Assembly (NCBI GenBank): GCA_012270995.1
Contig: JAAXHG010000051.1
Coordinates: 5,768 to 69,767 of the forward strand
Reading direction: 5' to 3'
From: Vicinamibacteraceae bacterium
GTDB lineage: Bacteria > Acidobacteriota > Thermoanaerobaculia > Multivoradales > Multivoraceae
Length of the DNA: 64,000 nt
The notes below the pieces were generated by a model, which was given only the letters and a program-made list of their open reading frames with translations, had not been told where the DNA came from and made no database searches. Made by a program: the position numbers and the translations under genes. Shown piece by piece: positions 37,301-45,007 of the stretch; the stretch's first letter is position 1, and every line of letters starts with the position of its first letter.

Positions 37301-37506
37301 CGCGGGTCGCACGGGTCGGGCAGCAGCAGGGCCAGCAGCACCGCCCGGCTCGACGCCAGCGGTCGCCGCGCCCACCACAGATGGAGGGTCGAGGGATGCC
37401 CGTGCCGGATCGATTTCTCGCGCGCCGCGTGCTTCGACACCTCGGCGATGGGGAAGTCCACCTCCGCCAGCCGCCTGCACTCGCGGGGGATTCCGGCGGC
37501 CGTCAC
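34339..37506 (-). CDS. DUF1156-type DNA methyltransferase (N6-A or N4-C class)
   Basis: N-terminal EVDFPIAEVSKHAAREKSIRHGHPSTLHLWWARRPLASSRAV (DUF1156-like), SAM motif VVDPFAGGGSIP, catalytic WFTDPPYYD, and two Cys pairs (APDCGAE, CLCCGS). Confidence 0.85.
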   Translation of the reverse strand: MTAAGIPRECRRLAEVDFPIAEVSKHAAREKSIRHGHPSTLHLWWARRPLASSRAVLLALLLPDPCDPRCPEEFKRRAREFLSPVRQPPKSDAELRRALLWFIGSFANWDMAAHPTYLRVGRNLVRAAHGGDDPPLVVDPFAGGGSIPLEALRLGCEAFASDLNPVACLILKVMLEDIPRHGPGLADELRRVGADIKAAAQEKLADLYPPDPDGATPIAYLWARTARCEAPDCGAEIPLMRSFWLCRKPKRKWALRPTVERPTGAAARSTRGFESASAGNRHDAFPAAPWPAEQPDRASVPCRSEGAQDAPNAAPGTGAPLPASDGTPRVEFEVFQPDADEDVAAGTVSRARAVCLCCGSVLPPERVRAQLSAQRGGADAVFDEAGNRTGGARMTAVVTVRPDEKGRRYRLPTEEDYAAVRRAQERVAALLDDWERGGRQGLCPAPDEPLPRIGTLGFRVQRYGMLEWGHLFTARQKAALNGLVDLMLRTKCSDQERLLACCLSRVAMSDMSCTRWNAVAEKMQHTFGRQALPIVWDFAEVVVTAPGPGNWESAYRLPSDVVDASCSRSAGQVQPADATHHPLPDETVGVWFTDPPYYDAIPYSDLSDFFLVWLKRTLPGHTLLRDPFDPANPLSPKAAEAVQDETKEVDGRPKDRTWFEETMGRAFAEGRRVLRHDGVGAVVFAHKTTEGWEALLSGMIRGGWTVTASWPLATEMGSRLRARDSAALATSIHLVCRPRPEDAPVGDWADVLRELPVRVGDWMERLQGEGVRGADLVFACIGPALEIFSRYSRVETADGAEVALPEYLEKVWEVVGRTALENVLGSEEAKARNGLAGALEEDSRLTALFLWTLQATAPADDGAGKKKRAEAETDENRASAPPGRFGYSLAFDVVRRFAQPLGIDLPKWEKRIVETKKGVVRLLPIAERAKRLFGGSGAEDFADRMEQPGASPQLDLLQAAHLGDRELAAARGGRRSRGTAADRVEADADATTLDRVHVAMLLQRGGRTQALRNLVAAERERGPDFERLANALSALYPRGSEEKRLLDAMLLALPG

Positions 37507-37570
37507 GGCCTGTTCTCCGCCCGCCGGACGACCGCCTCGATCCCCGGAACCGCTTCGGCCTGCGACCGCA

Positions 37571-38221
37571 TCACTGACCCCATCGTCTGGAGTCGTCGAT
37601 GGTCACGATCTCGTCTCCCCGGTTGACGAACACGACTTCAAGCGCCTCGTCCGGTTCGAGATTCTCCGCGACGCGTTGCCGAATCTCAGCGAGTACGTCG
37701 TCGGACCTCGGAACGGCGGACAGATCGCCGCGCACCCTGGCAAGGGGCATGGCGCCCAGACCCCGACCGCGTATCTGACCGTCAGGCGTGGAGACGTAGC
37801 AGCGGGCGCGAAAGGTAGGAGAGCGACCCGATTCGCCGCCGGCCGCGGCGGCGTCGGGAAGCTCCCGTCCGGGTGGCGGCGCCTCTTTCGCGGCCGCTCG
37901 CGCCACCGAGCGCTTCGACCCGAGCAGCAGGCTCTCCGCCCTTTCCTGCGCTTCAAGGGAGACTTCCCACGCCAGCGACGAGTGGTAGTCGAGCGGAAGA
38001 ACCGTGAGAACATCCCCGTTCTCCTGGTCCTGAACCGCGACGAAGCACTGTTCTTCGGCGGGGCTGAAGAACAGCCGGTGGAGGTGACCGGACTTCGCGC
38101 CCACGAGAACCGCGAGGTCGTGATCCAGGATCGCGGTCACTTCGTCGGGCGCCATCGACAGCCGGTCGCCGATTCGTTCCTGCGCGTGGCGGGTGAGGCG
38201 GGCTGGTGGAGAACCCGTCAC
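37571..38221 (-). CDS. 216-aa protein of unknown function immediately upstream of the methyltransferase (position where DUF3780-type proteins occur in such loci)
   Basis: The GTG at 38221 overlaps the HEPN-1 stop (GTGA). The N-terminal LTRHAQERIGDRLSMAPDEVTAILDHD... has a HAxER-like motif. The family assignment is not secure. Confidence 0.5.
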   Translation of the reverse strand: MTGSPPARLTRHAQERIGDRLSMAPDEVTAILDHDLAVLVGAKSGHLHRLFFSPAEEQCFVAVQDQENGDVLTVLPLDYHSSLAWEVSLEAQERAESLLLGSKRSVARAAAKEAPPPGRELPDAAAAGGESGRSPTFRARCYVSTPDGQIRGRGLGAMPLARVRGDLSAVPRSDDVLAEIRQRVAENLEPDEALEVVFVNRGDEIVTIDDSRRWGQ

Positions 38222-38607
38222 AGGCTGTCTTCCGCCCAACGCACGACGGTTTCGGCGATTTCGAGTGCGTCGGCGTACTGGAGATCCGAGACCCGGTCGT
38301 CGAGCCCCGGGTAGCGGGTTACCGATGCGTAGCGAGTCAGTTCCCTGGCCGACTTGACCGGCTCGGGCACTGCTTGCCCCGCGTCGCCAAGCAGCGACAG
38401 CAGGAACACAAGGTCGTGAACGTACGGAAACTCGACGCCCCGGGCTACCAGCAGGGCCTTGATCGCCTTCTCCGCAGCCTGTTGCGCATGAAAGCAGAGA
38501 TCGGCGAGATGGACGCCATCGGGTCGGCTCCGCGCCAGCGTCAGATCGCTCCGGGCGCGGTCCATCCACCTGTCTGGATCGCTCTCTGGCAGCGGGTCAG
38601 ACGGCAT
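38218..38607 (-). CDS. HEPN domain protein (copy 1)
   Basis: WMDRARSDLTLAR, DLCFHAQQAAEKAIKALL, ELTRYASVTRYPG. This matches the HEPN type that pairs with minimal nucleotidyltransferases. Confidence 0.75.
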   Translation of the reverse strand: MPSDPLPESDPDRWMDRARSDLTLARSRPDGVHLADLCFHAQQAAEKAIKALLVARGVEFPYVHDLVFLLSLLGDAGQAVPEPVKSARELTRYASVTRYPGLDDRVSDLQYADALEIAETVVRWAEDSL

Positions 38608-38926
38608 CGTAGACGACTCTCCCTTCCCGCAGCGCCGGCTTGAACACGAGCGAGTGGGTGTCGCGATGCCGCTCGACCTGCTCCGGCGAGGCGACGATGA
38701 CCTCGACCGGCGCGCCAACCCCGAACAGGTTGCCGTAGATGTCCGCCGTCAGCCGGTGCGCGTCGTCCGTCTCGGCAACGACCAACAGGTCGACGTCGCT
38801 GTGCGGGCCCATCTCGCCCCGCGCGGCGGAGCCGAACAGGATGATGCGCTCCGGCGCCGCGATCTCCACCACCCGCCGAACGATGTCGTGGAGTACGCGC
38901 GGGTCGAGAGCGCCGGTGGCCGTCAC
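38597..38926 (-). CDS. minimal nucleotidyltransferase (MNT-type antitoxin-like)
   Basis: RIILFGSAARGEMGPHSDVDLLVV (GSxxRG...DxD). The GTG at 38926 overlaps the HEPN-2 stop (GTGA). Confidence 0.8.
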   Translation of the reverse strand: MTATGALDPRVLHDIVRRVVEIAAPERIILFGSAARGEMGPHSDVDLLVVAETDDAHRLTADIYGNLFGVGAPVEVIVASPEQVERHRDTHSLVFKPALREGRVVYDAV

Positions 38927-39354
38927 AGGCTGGCCTCCGCCCACTGAACCACGGCCTCGGCGAGTTCGACCGCTTCCTGATACTCCGAATCGGTCACCGG
39001 CTCGTCGAGCCCGGGATACCTGATCGAAGTCCCGTACCGCGTCAGCCCGGCGGCGCGGCGAACCGCTTGGGGGATCTCCAATCCGTCCGCCTGAAGGCGC
39101 GCGGTCAGTTCCGCCAGGTCGTGGACGGAGTGGAAGTCAATGGTGCGTTGAGTCGACACCGCCTTGATCGCCTTTACGGCTGCCTGCTGGGCGTCGTAGC
39201 ACAGGTCTTCGAGGTAGACGTCCGGCATCCGTGCACGAGCCCTGAGGAGGTTGCTCCTGGCGCGATTCAGCCACTCGCGGGGATCGTCCGGCGGATAGCG
39301 CTTGAGCGCTTCCTTGCAGTACGCGCCGGGCTGCTTGTCGGCTGGCCGGCTCAC
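38923..39354 (-). CDS. HEPN domain protein (copy 2)
   Basis: WLNRARSNLLRAR, DLCYDAQQAAVKAIKAV, GLTRYGTSIRYPG. Paralog of copy 1. The GTG at 39354 overlaps the stop of the DUF262 gene (GTGA). Confidence 0.75.
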   Translation of the reverse strand: MSRPADKQPGAYCKEALKRYPPDDPREWLNRARSNLLRARARMPDVYLEDLCYDAQQAAVKAIKAVSTQRTIDFHSVHDLAELTARLQADGLEIPQAVRRAAGLTRYGTSIRYPGLDEPVTDSEYQEAVELAEAVVQWAEASL

Positions 39355-41471
39355 CTGCCGCTCCAACGTGTCTGGATGTAGCGCACGGCCTCGGGGATCG
39401 GGAGGGAACGCGTGGCGTTGCCCACGCGCAGCCAGAACAGGGACTGACCCTTCCGCTCCACGTAGACGGGGTGGTCGCTGGGCTCGACGGTGACCTGGCA
39501 GATGTCGGCGCCGTCGATCTGGTGGAAGTTCACCACGATGGAGTTCGAGGCCGTCGCCTCGCCGAACGCGTTGACGAAGAGCTGCTGCAGATGGTTCTCG
39601 AAGCCGTCCCTGTCGGGCTTGCGCAAGCTGCCGTAGTCGCGCTCGAGGCCGGTGGGCTGGCCGTCGTCGGCCACGCCGATCAGCAGGGTCCCCCCCGAGG
39701 CGTTCAGGAACCCCGCCACCGTCTTCAGAGCGACCCCTTCCAAGCCCTTGTTGGTGCATTCCCGGTGGAGGTCCCAGCGCAGGCTGGACTTGAACTCCAG
39801 GTCGTCGCTCTCTCCGCCTCGAATCAGCCCGCGAACGTACTCCTCACCGTTCGGGTCCGGCCGACTTGGCAGCCACGACGCGATGAACTCGTTCGCGGCT
39901 TCGGCCAGCAGGCGGCGGCGCGCGGCGAGGAAGTCCAGGAAGTTCTCCGGGCGCCAGAGCTCCGGGTCCATCGGCACGGACTGGGCCGCCAGCGCCCCGG
40001 GCTGGTTGTCGTTCACTTCGAGCAGGTAATCGGCCGGCGAGACGTTGCGGAGCTCCTTGGGAGCTTTCTGGCCCAGGACGACACGGTTCGCCACCGCGTT
40101 GATTCGGCGGCCGTCTTCCATGCCGGCACTCAGGAGGACCTTCCTCGGAAAGACGTAGTGGCGCTCGCCGCCCGTACTCTTCCCGAGCGCCGCGTCGTAG
40201 ACGCGAACGCCGGTGAACCAGTCGCGGGCCCCGCGGTGCCTTGCCAGTACCCGCACCAGGTAGGCGACGGCGGAGCGGACGGTCGCCCGGTCGAGATCGC
40301 CCTGCTCCAGGACCAAACGGCCTCGTTCGCGGAGGATCGCGGCTTCCAGCTCGTGCGTCGGGTCGGGGTCGCCGGTAGCGACCAAGGCCACGTCCTGTTG
40401 CAGCTTGGTCTCGGTGGCGCCGCTGTAGCGTCCCCAAAGGCCGGCGAGGAACATCCAGCGGATGAAGCGGCGCCGGATGTCGTCGCCGGGGAACTGCCCG
40501 CCGTGGCGCGAGAGGTACACCGTCATCAGGATGACGACGTTGTTCGTCGGCAGGTCGTCCAGACTGTCGACGAGCGCTTCGTGGCGGAGCACCCCCACCA
40601 GGTGTTCGAGCGCCGGCTTCAGCTTTTCCCAAGCCTGCTGGTGGACTTCCGCCGGCGTCTGGAAGAAGGACCCCTCGAGCGCGACCGATCCGGCGCCGAC
40701 GCCGGCGAGGCAGCGAGTCAGCAGGTCGAGGCCGAAGGCGAACCCCCGTTCCTCCATCCTGTCGCTGAAGGCGCGGAACTCGCCCCGGGCCTCGGGCCAC
40801 AAGCTGCATACGTGGGCGATCGCCAGGTCCGCCTTGGTCAGCGGGGTGCCGGCGCTGTTCACCCGGTTGAAGATGCCGACGACGTCGTCCACGTCGTAGT
40901 CGTCGCCGGAGACGTGATCGACGGCGTAGGTGTAGTTCCGGATGGCGTCCAGGTCGGTCAGCGCGGCCAGGTTGTTCTGCAGGGTGGCGCGCTGTTCCTC
41001 CTCAAGGCTCGGAAACTCGCGGAGGAAGTCGCCCAGACCCCGCCGAAGGAACTCGTGGACGCTGATCCAGGCAGGGTTGTTCTGCATCAACGACTTCTGG
41101 AAGAAGCGGAATCCGCCTGTCTGGACATTGAAGTGGAGGTCGAAGAAGAGGGACTCGCCCTCGTAGAACGGCGGCGGCTTGCCCTTGAACAGGGTGTAGA
41201 GCGAGGTCAGCCGCTGTTGGCCGTCGAGCAGCAGGAGCGAGTGGCCGTCGCGGCTCTCGGCGCTTCCCCGCACCCGGAGCGGCTTGTAGGTCTTCCAGAT
41301 CAGCAGGTGCCCGGTCGGATGACCCTTGTAGAGCGAGTGCATCAGCCCGCGCACCTGGTCTCTCCGCCAGACGTAGCCGCGCTGGAACTCGGGCAGGAGG
41401 ATCTCGCCCCGGTCGATCTGGGTGAGCAACTCGTGGATCTGTCGCGTGTCAGGCATTCGGATCTCCAGCAA
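39351..41471 (-). CDS. DUF262 (ParB/Srx-like, GmrSD-type) + HNH-like + C-terminal AlbA_2/Schlafen-like domain fusion
   Basis: LLPEFQRGYVW and LLDGQQRLTS (DUF262). ERHYVFPRKVL...NAVANRVVLGQKAPKEL (H..FP/N..N, His-Me-like). C-terminal ESDDLEFKSSLRWDL...VAGFLNASGGTLLIGVADDG (AlbA_2-like), approximately 39402-39818. Confidence 0.8.
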   Translation of the reverse strand: MLEIRMPDTRQIHELLTQIDRGEILLPEFQRGYVWRRDQVRGLMHSLYKGHPTGHLLIWKTYKPLRVRGSAESRDGHSLLLLDGQQRLTSLYTLFKGKPPPFYEGESLFFDLHFNVQTGGFRFFQKSLMQNNPAWISVHEFLRRGLGDFLREFPSLEEEQRATLQNNLAALTDLDAIRNYTYAVDHVSGDDYDVDDVVGIFNRVNSAGTPLTKADLAIAHVCSLWPEARGEFRAFSDRMEERGFAFGLDLLTRCLAGVGAGSVALEGSFFQTPAEVHQQAWEKLKPALEHLVGVLRHEALVDSLDDLPTNNVVILMTVYLSRHGGQFPGDDIRRRFIRWMFLAGLWGRYSGATETKLQQDVALVATGDPDPTHELEAAILRERGRLVLEQGDLDRATVRSAVAYLVRVLARHRGARDWFTGVRVYDAALGKSTGGERHYVFPRKVLLSAGMEDGRRINAVANRVVLGQKAPKELRNVSPADYLLEVNDNQPGALAAQSVPMDPELWRPENFLDFLAARRRLLAEAANEFIASWLPSRPDPNGEEYVRGLIRGGESDDLEFKSSLRWDLHRECTNKGLEGVALKTVAGFLNASGGTLLIGVADDGQPTGLERDYGSLRKPDRDGFENHLQQLFVNAFGEATASNSIVVNFHQIDGADICQVTVEPSDHPVYVERKGQSLFWLRVGNATRSLPIPEAVRYIQTRWSGR

Positions 41472-41519
41472 CCAGCGGCACGCGCATGGCCGTGACGAAC
41501 AGCGTCCTCGCGGGCCGGC

Positions 41520-44500
41520 TCAACGGTCGCTCCGGCTGTCGGACGCTGCGCTCAGCTTCTCCACGTCGAGATAGTAATGCTGCACCTTCTTCACCTCGAT
41601 CCAGGGCCTTTGCGCCGGGTTCGGGACGGGGTCCCGGAGAACCGGATCGCCGGCGCAGTCCGTGACCACGTACAGCCAGTAGCAGTCCCGGCGATCCTCG
41701 GCCACGCGGCGTTCGTTCGGGGTGAGCACGATGGTCCCCGAGCGGGCGGCCAGGCCCTTGACCTCGATCAGTCGGAGATCGCCGGTCACGGGATCGAGGC
41801 TGGTCACGTCGTAGCCGAGGTTCTTCGCGCTCACGTCTTTCGTGCGCCGGCCTTCGGCCTGTTCGTGCTCCATCGCCACGCGCATCGCCGTCGCTTCGGT
41901 TTCGGGGTGGGGCTGGTGTCGCTTGACCTCCGCCGCGTCATGGCCCGGATGGGGCAGGACGAGGGCGCTCGCGATCCGCTCGACGTTCTGCAAGGAGAGC
42001 GAGCGCTGACGCCCCATCTCCTCCAGTCGCCGGTCGCGACGGGCGGAGAGCTCGTCATGCCGGAGTTCAGCCATTCGGAGCCGGCCTTCCGCGCCCTGGC
42101 GGCCGTTCTCGACGTCGAGAGCCGCGCGGCCGACCTCACCGTCGGCCTGGTTCAGGAGCTCGGTGAGGGACCTCTCGACGTGCTCGGCCACGCGCTCCAC
42201 CTCCGCCGCGCGGTTCGCCCGCGTCTCTTCGAGCAGCGGGAGGAGAGCGTGCTCGTGCAGCCAGGCTTCGGGCGCCGGCGCGTGGGCGATCCCCGGAAGC
42301 GGGTCGGCGGGGGCCACCGGCGTCAGATCGCGGAGGACGCCGGGCTCGCGGAGTCGCGGATCGCCGTCGTCTCCCGGCAGTTCCACCGCCAGGAGCTTCT
42401 CCCGGACGACGGCGCCGAGGCCGTCGACGACCTGGGCTCGGTAGAAGTCGATCCGGGCGGGCAGATCGTGGGCCAGCGAGTGGAAGGTCGCGCCGGACGA
42501 GAGCGGGGCAGCCGCCCGGTCGCGGATGGACCGGCGGACCGCCTCGAACAGCGGGTGGCCGGGCGTGACCCACTCCAGCGCGTGGTCCCGGGCGGTTTCA
42601 CGGTCCGTCGTGCAGCGCGGGTAGCGGTTCGCGAGCTCGGGCAGGCGCCAGTCGCCCTCCCGCTCGTGCCGGCGGAGGCCGGGCGGCGTCCGGCCGGGGT
42701 CGAACGCGTGCCGCAAGCGTCGGCCGCCGACGAAGCGGAGCTCGAGAGCCGCGTGGGGCGCCGCCTCTCGAAGAAAGCGGGCGATCGTCTCCGGCACGAC
42801 CCGTCGCTCGCGGGCCCGGGCTCGGCGTTCGACCAGCATCTCCAGGTTCAGTTTCTTCGAGGCGAGGCCCTCCAGCGCGTTCCGACAGATGTTGCGGAAG
42901 CGGGTCTCGTCCACGTCCCGCAGCATGCGTTCCTGCAGATCCTCCTGGCCGAGCCGGCCCGCGTAGTAGTCGCGCAGCAGCCGCTCGATCCGGGAAGCGG
43001 ACAACACCTCGCCGACGACGTTGAAGACGGCGTCGTCGTCCAGCGCGTCGCGAATCTCCTTCAGCTTGTCGAGCAGGCGTTCGAGGACGCGGCCTTCCAC
43101 GGTATTCGTGGCGGCGAAGTTGAAGATCAGGCAGTCCTTCTCCTGTCCGTAGCGGTGGATGCGGCCCATCCGCTGCTCGAGGCGATTCGGGTTCCACGGG
43201 ATGTCGTAGTTGAAGAGGATGTTGCAGACCTGCAGGTTGATCCCCTCGCCCGCCGCTTCGGTCGCGGCGAGCACCTGCACGGCGCCTTCCCGGAACTGCT
43301 GCTCCGCGTGCAGCCTGGTCCCCGGCTCGTCGCGGCCGCCCGGCTTCATGCCGCCGTGGATCGTGGCGACCCGAAAGCCCCAGCCTTCGAGTCTTTCGAC
43401 CAGGTAGTCCAGCGTGTCCTTGAACTCCGTGAAGAGCACGAGCCGCTGCTCGGGTCGGTCGAAGAAGCCCTCGTTGCGCAGGAGACTCTCCAGTTTCGCC
43501 AGCTTCGCCTCGACGCCCAGGCGTTCGACGGCTCGCGCGCGGTCGGCGAGTTGGCGCAGTTCGACGATCTCCATCCGGACCTCGGCCGCGTTGTTCGTCA
43601 GGCTGACGGCCTCCAGCAGGGCGAGGATCCGTTCCCTCTCGCCCTCCTCCATCTCGTCCATCTCGTCCATGGAAGGCAGCGTCGGGGGCGCGGCGGCCGC
43701 GAGATCCCGCGCCTCGGCCAGAGCTCGTTCCAGGCGGTCCGCGCGGTTGGCCAGGCTCCGTCTCAGGGCGCGGGTGCTGGACGCGAGCCGCCGCTGGTAG
43801 AGCGCCATGAGGAAGCCGAGGGCGCGTCCGCGGGGGTCGTCGCGGGCCGCGGCCAGGGCGCTCTGCCGCTTCACGAAGTCGGTCACGGCGCGGTACAGCT
43901 CGTACTCCGCGCCGTCGATGTCGAACCCGACGGTCGTGGGGATGCGCTTGGTGAAGATCGGCCGGGCGGCCCACTCGCCGTTCTCATCCCGATGGGGGAA
44001 GTGGACCATCGCCTCCTTCGTCCGCCGCAGGTAGAACGGCGCGCGCCCCCGGTGCAGGGCGTGGCGGATGGAGGTGACGCTGGCGTAGGCGTCGCGGTCG
44101 AGAAGCTGGAGGAAGAGGGAGAAGTTCTCCTGGTCGCCCTTGTGCGGCGTCGCGGTCAGCAGCAGCAGGTGGTCGGAGGTGTCGCGAAGCAGCTCGCCCA
44201 GCTTGTAGCGCTGGCTCTTGTGGGACTCGTCCCGCGCCGACATCCGGTGCGCCTCGTCGACGACGACCAGGTCCCAGCGGGCCTGCCGCAGGCCCGGGAG
44301 GATCTCGTCGCGCTTCGCCAGGTCGAGCGAGGTGACGATCCGGTCGCGGTCCATCCACTGGTTGACGCCGTACTGGGCGCGCAGTTCGGCGCCCTTCAGC
44401 ACGACGAAGCTCTGGTCGAACTTCTCGCGCAGCTCGCGTTGCCACTGGAAGGTGAGGTTCGACGGGGCGACGATCAGGATGCGTTCGGCCAGACCCCGCA

Positions 44501-44939
44501 ACTGGAGCTCGCGCATCAGCAGGCCGGCCATGATCGTCTTGCCGGCGCCGGCGTCGTCGGCGAGCAGGAAGCGCACGCGCGCCGGCTTGAGCAGGTGGTC
44601 GTACACGGCTTCGAGCTGGTGGGGCAGCGGGTCGACTCGAGAAACCGAGAGCCCGAAGTATGGGTCGAACCGCCATGCGATGCCGAGCGCGTGGGCGTCG
44701 AGGCCGAGCCGGAGCAGTTCGCCGTCGCCGTAGAAGCCGAAAGCCGTTGCGCTGGTCTTGAGGGCGGCGAGTTGCCGGGCTTCGAGGGAGACCCGCGTGA
44801 AGCGCTGCGTCCTCGTGCCGACGAGACCGACGTTCCAGCCGCCGGAACCGTTCGGCGCCACGGTCTCGACCCGCATCGGTTCGCTGAACAGCGGTCCCGT
44901 CAGGACCTGGCCTTCCTCGGGCGGCGCGGGCTGGTTCAT
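41520..44939 (-). CDS. SNF2-family helicase with C-terminal DUF3883-like PD-(D/E)xK nuclease domain
   Basis: Motif I LLADDAGAGKT, II VVVDEAHRM, III LLLTATPHKG. Helicase-C GEGINLQ...YDIPWNPNRLEQRMGRIHRYGQ. C-terminal GYDVTSLD...LRLIEVKG...YWLYVV. The longest ORF reaches 45116 but would overlap the divergent small gene, so ATG 44939 (MNQPAPPEEG) is preferred. Confidence 0.85.
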   Translation of the reverse strand: MNQPAPPEEGQVLTGPLFSEPMRVETVAPNGSGGWNVGLVGTRTQRFTRVSLEARQLAALKTSATAFGFYGDGELLRLGLDAHALGIAWRFDPYFGLSVSRVDPLPHQLEAVYDHLLKPARVRFLLADDAGAGKTIMAGLLMRELQLRGLAERILIVAPSNLTFQWQRELREKFDQSFVVLKGAELRAQYGVNQWMDRDRIVTSLDLAKRDEILPGLRQARWDLVVVDEAHRMSARDESHKSQRYKLGELLRDTSDHLLLLTATPHKGDQENFSLFLQLLDRDAYASVTSIRHALHRGRAPFYLRRTKEAMVHFPHRDENGEWAARPIFTKRIPTTVGFDIDGAEYELYRAVTDFVKRQSALAAARDDPRGRALGFLMALYQRRLASSTRALRRSLANRADRLERALAEARDLAAAAPPTLPSMDEMDEMEEGERERILALLEAVSLTNNAAEVRMEIVELRQLADRARAVERLGVEAKLAKLESLLRNEGFFDRPEQRLVLFTEFKDTLDYLVERLEGWGFRVATIHGGMKPGGRDEPGTRLHAEQQFREGAVQVLAATEAAGEGINLQVCNILFNYDIPWNPNRLEQRMGRIHRYGQEKDCLIFNFAATNTVEGRVLERLLDKLKEIRDALDDDAVFNVVGEVLSASRIERLLRDYYAGRLGQEDLQERMLRDVDETRFRNICRNALEGLASKKLNLEMLVERRARARERRVVPETIARFLREAAPHAALELRFVGGRRLRHAFDPGRTPPGLRRHEREGDWRLPELANRYPRCTTDRETARDHALEWVTPGHPLFEAVRRSIRDRAAAPLSSGATFHSLAHDLPARIDFYRAQVVDGLGAVVREKLLAVELPGDDGDPRLREPGVLRDLTPVAPADPLPGIAHAPAPEAWLHEHALLPLLEETRANRAAEVERVAEHVERSLTELLNQADGEVGRAALDVENGRQGAEGRLRMAELRHDELSARRDRRLEEMGRQRSLSLQNVERIASALVLPHPGHDAAEVKRHQPHPETEATAMRVAMEHEQAEGRRTKDVSAKNLGYDVTSLDPVTGDLRLIEVKGLAARSGTIVLTPNERRVAEDRRDCYWLYVVTDCAGDPVLRDPVPNPAQRPWIEVKKVQHYYLDVEKLSAASDSRSDR

Positions 44940-45007
44940 CGGAAGCGGCACATTGTACGCCCGCGGCGGCGTGAGCGTAGAGGCGTCGCCATGCTGATCG
45001 ATCGGCG

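Noticed and set aside
27735-44939. Classifying the island as BREX or DISARM.
   Set aside because: I see no PglZ phosphatase, BrxC/PglY-like or BrxA/B genes. I also see no DUF1998 (DrmB) or PLD (DrmC) genes. The methylase has the DUF1156-type N-terminus rather than a PglX-like layout.
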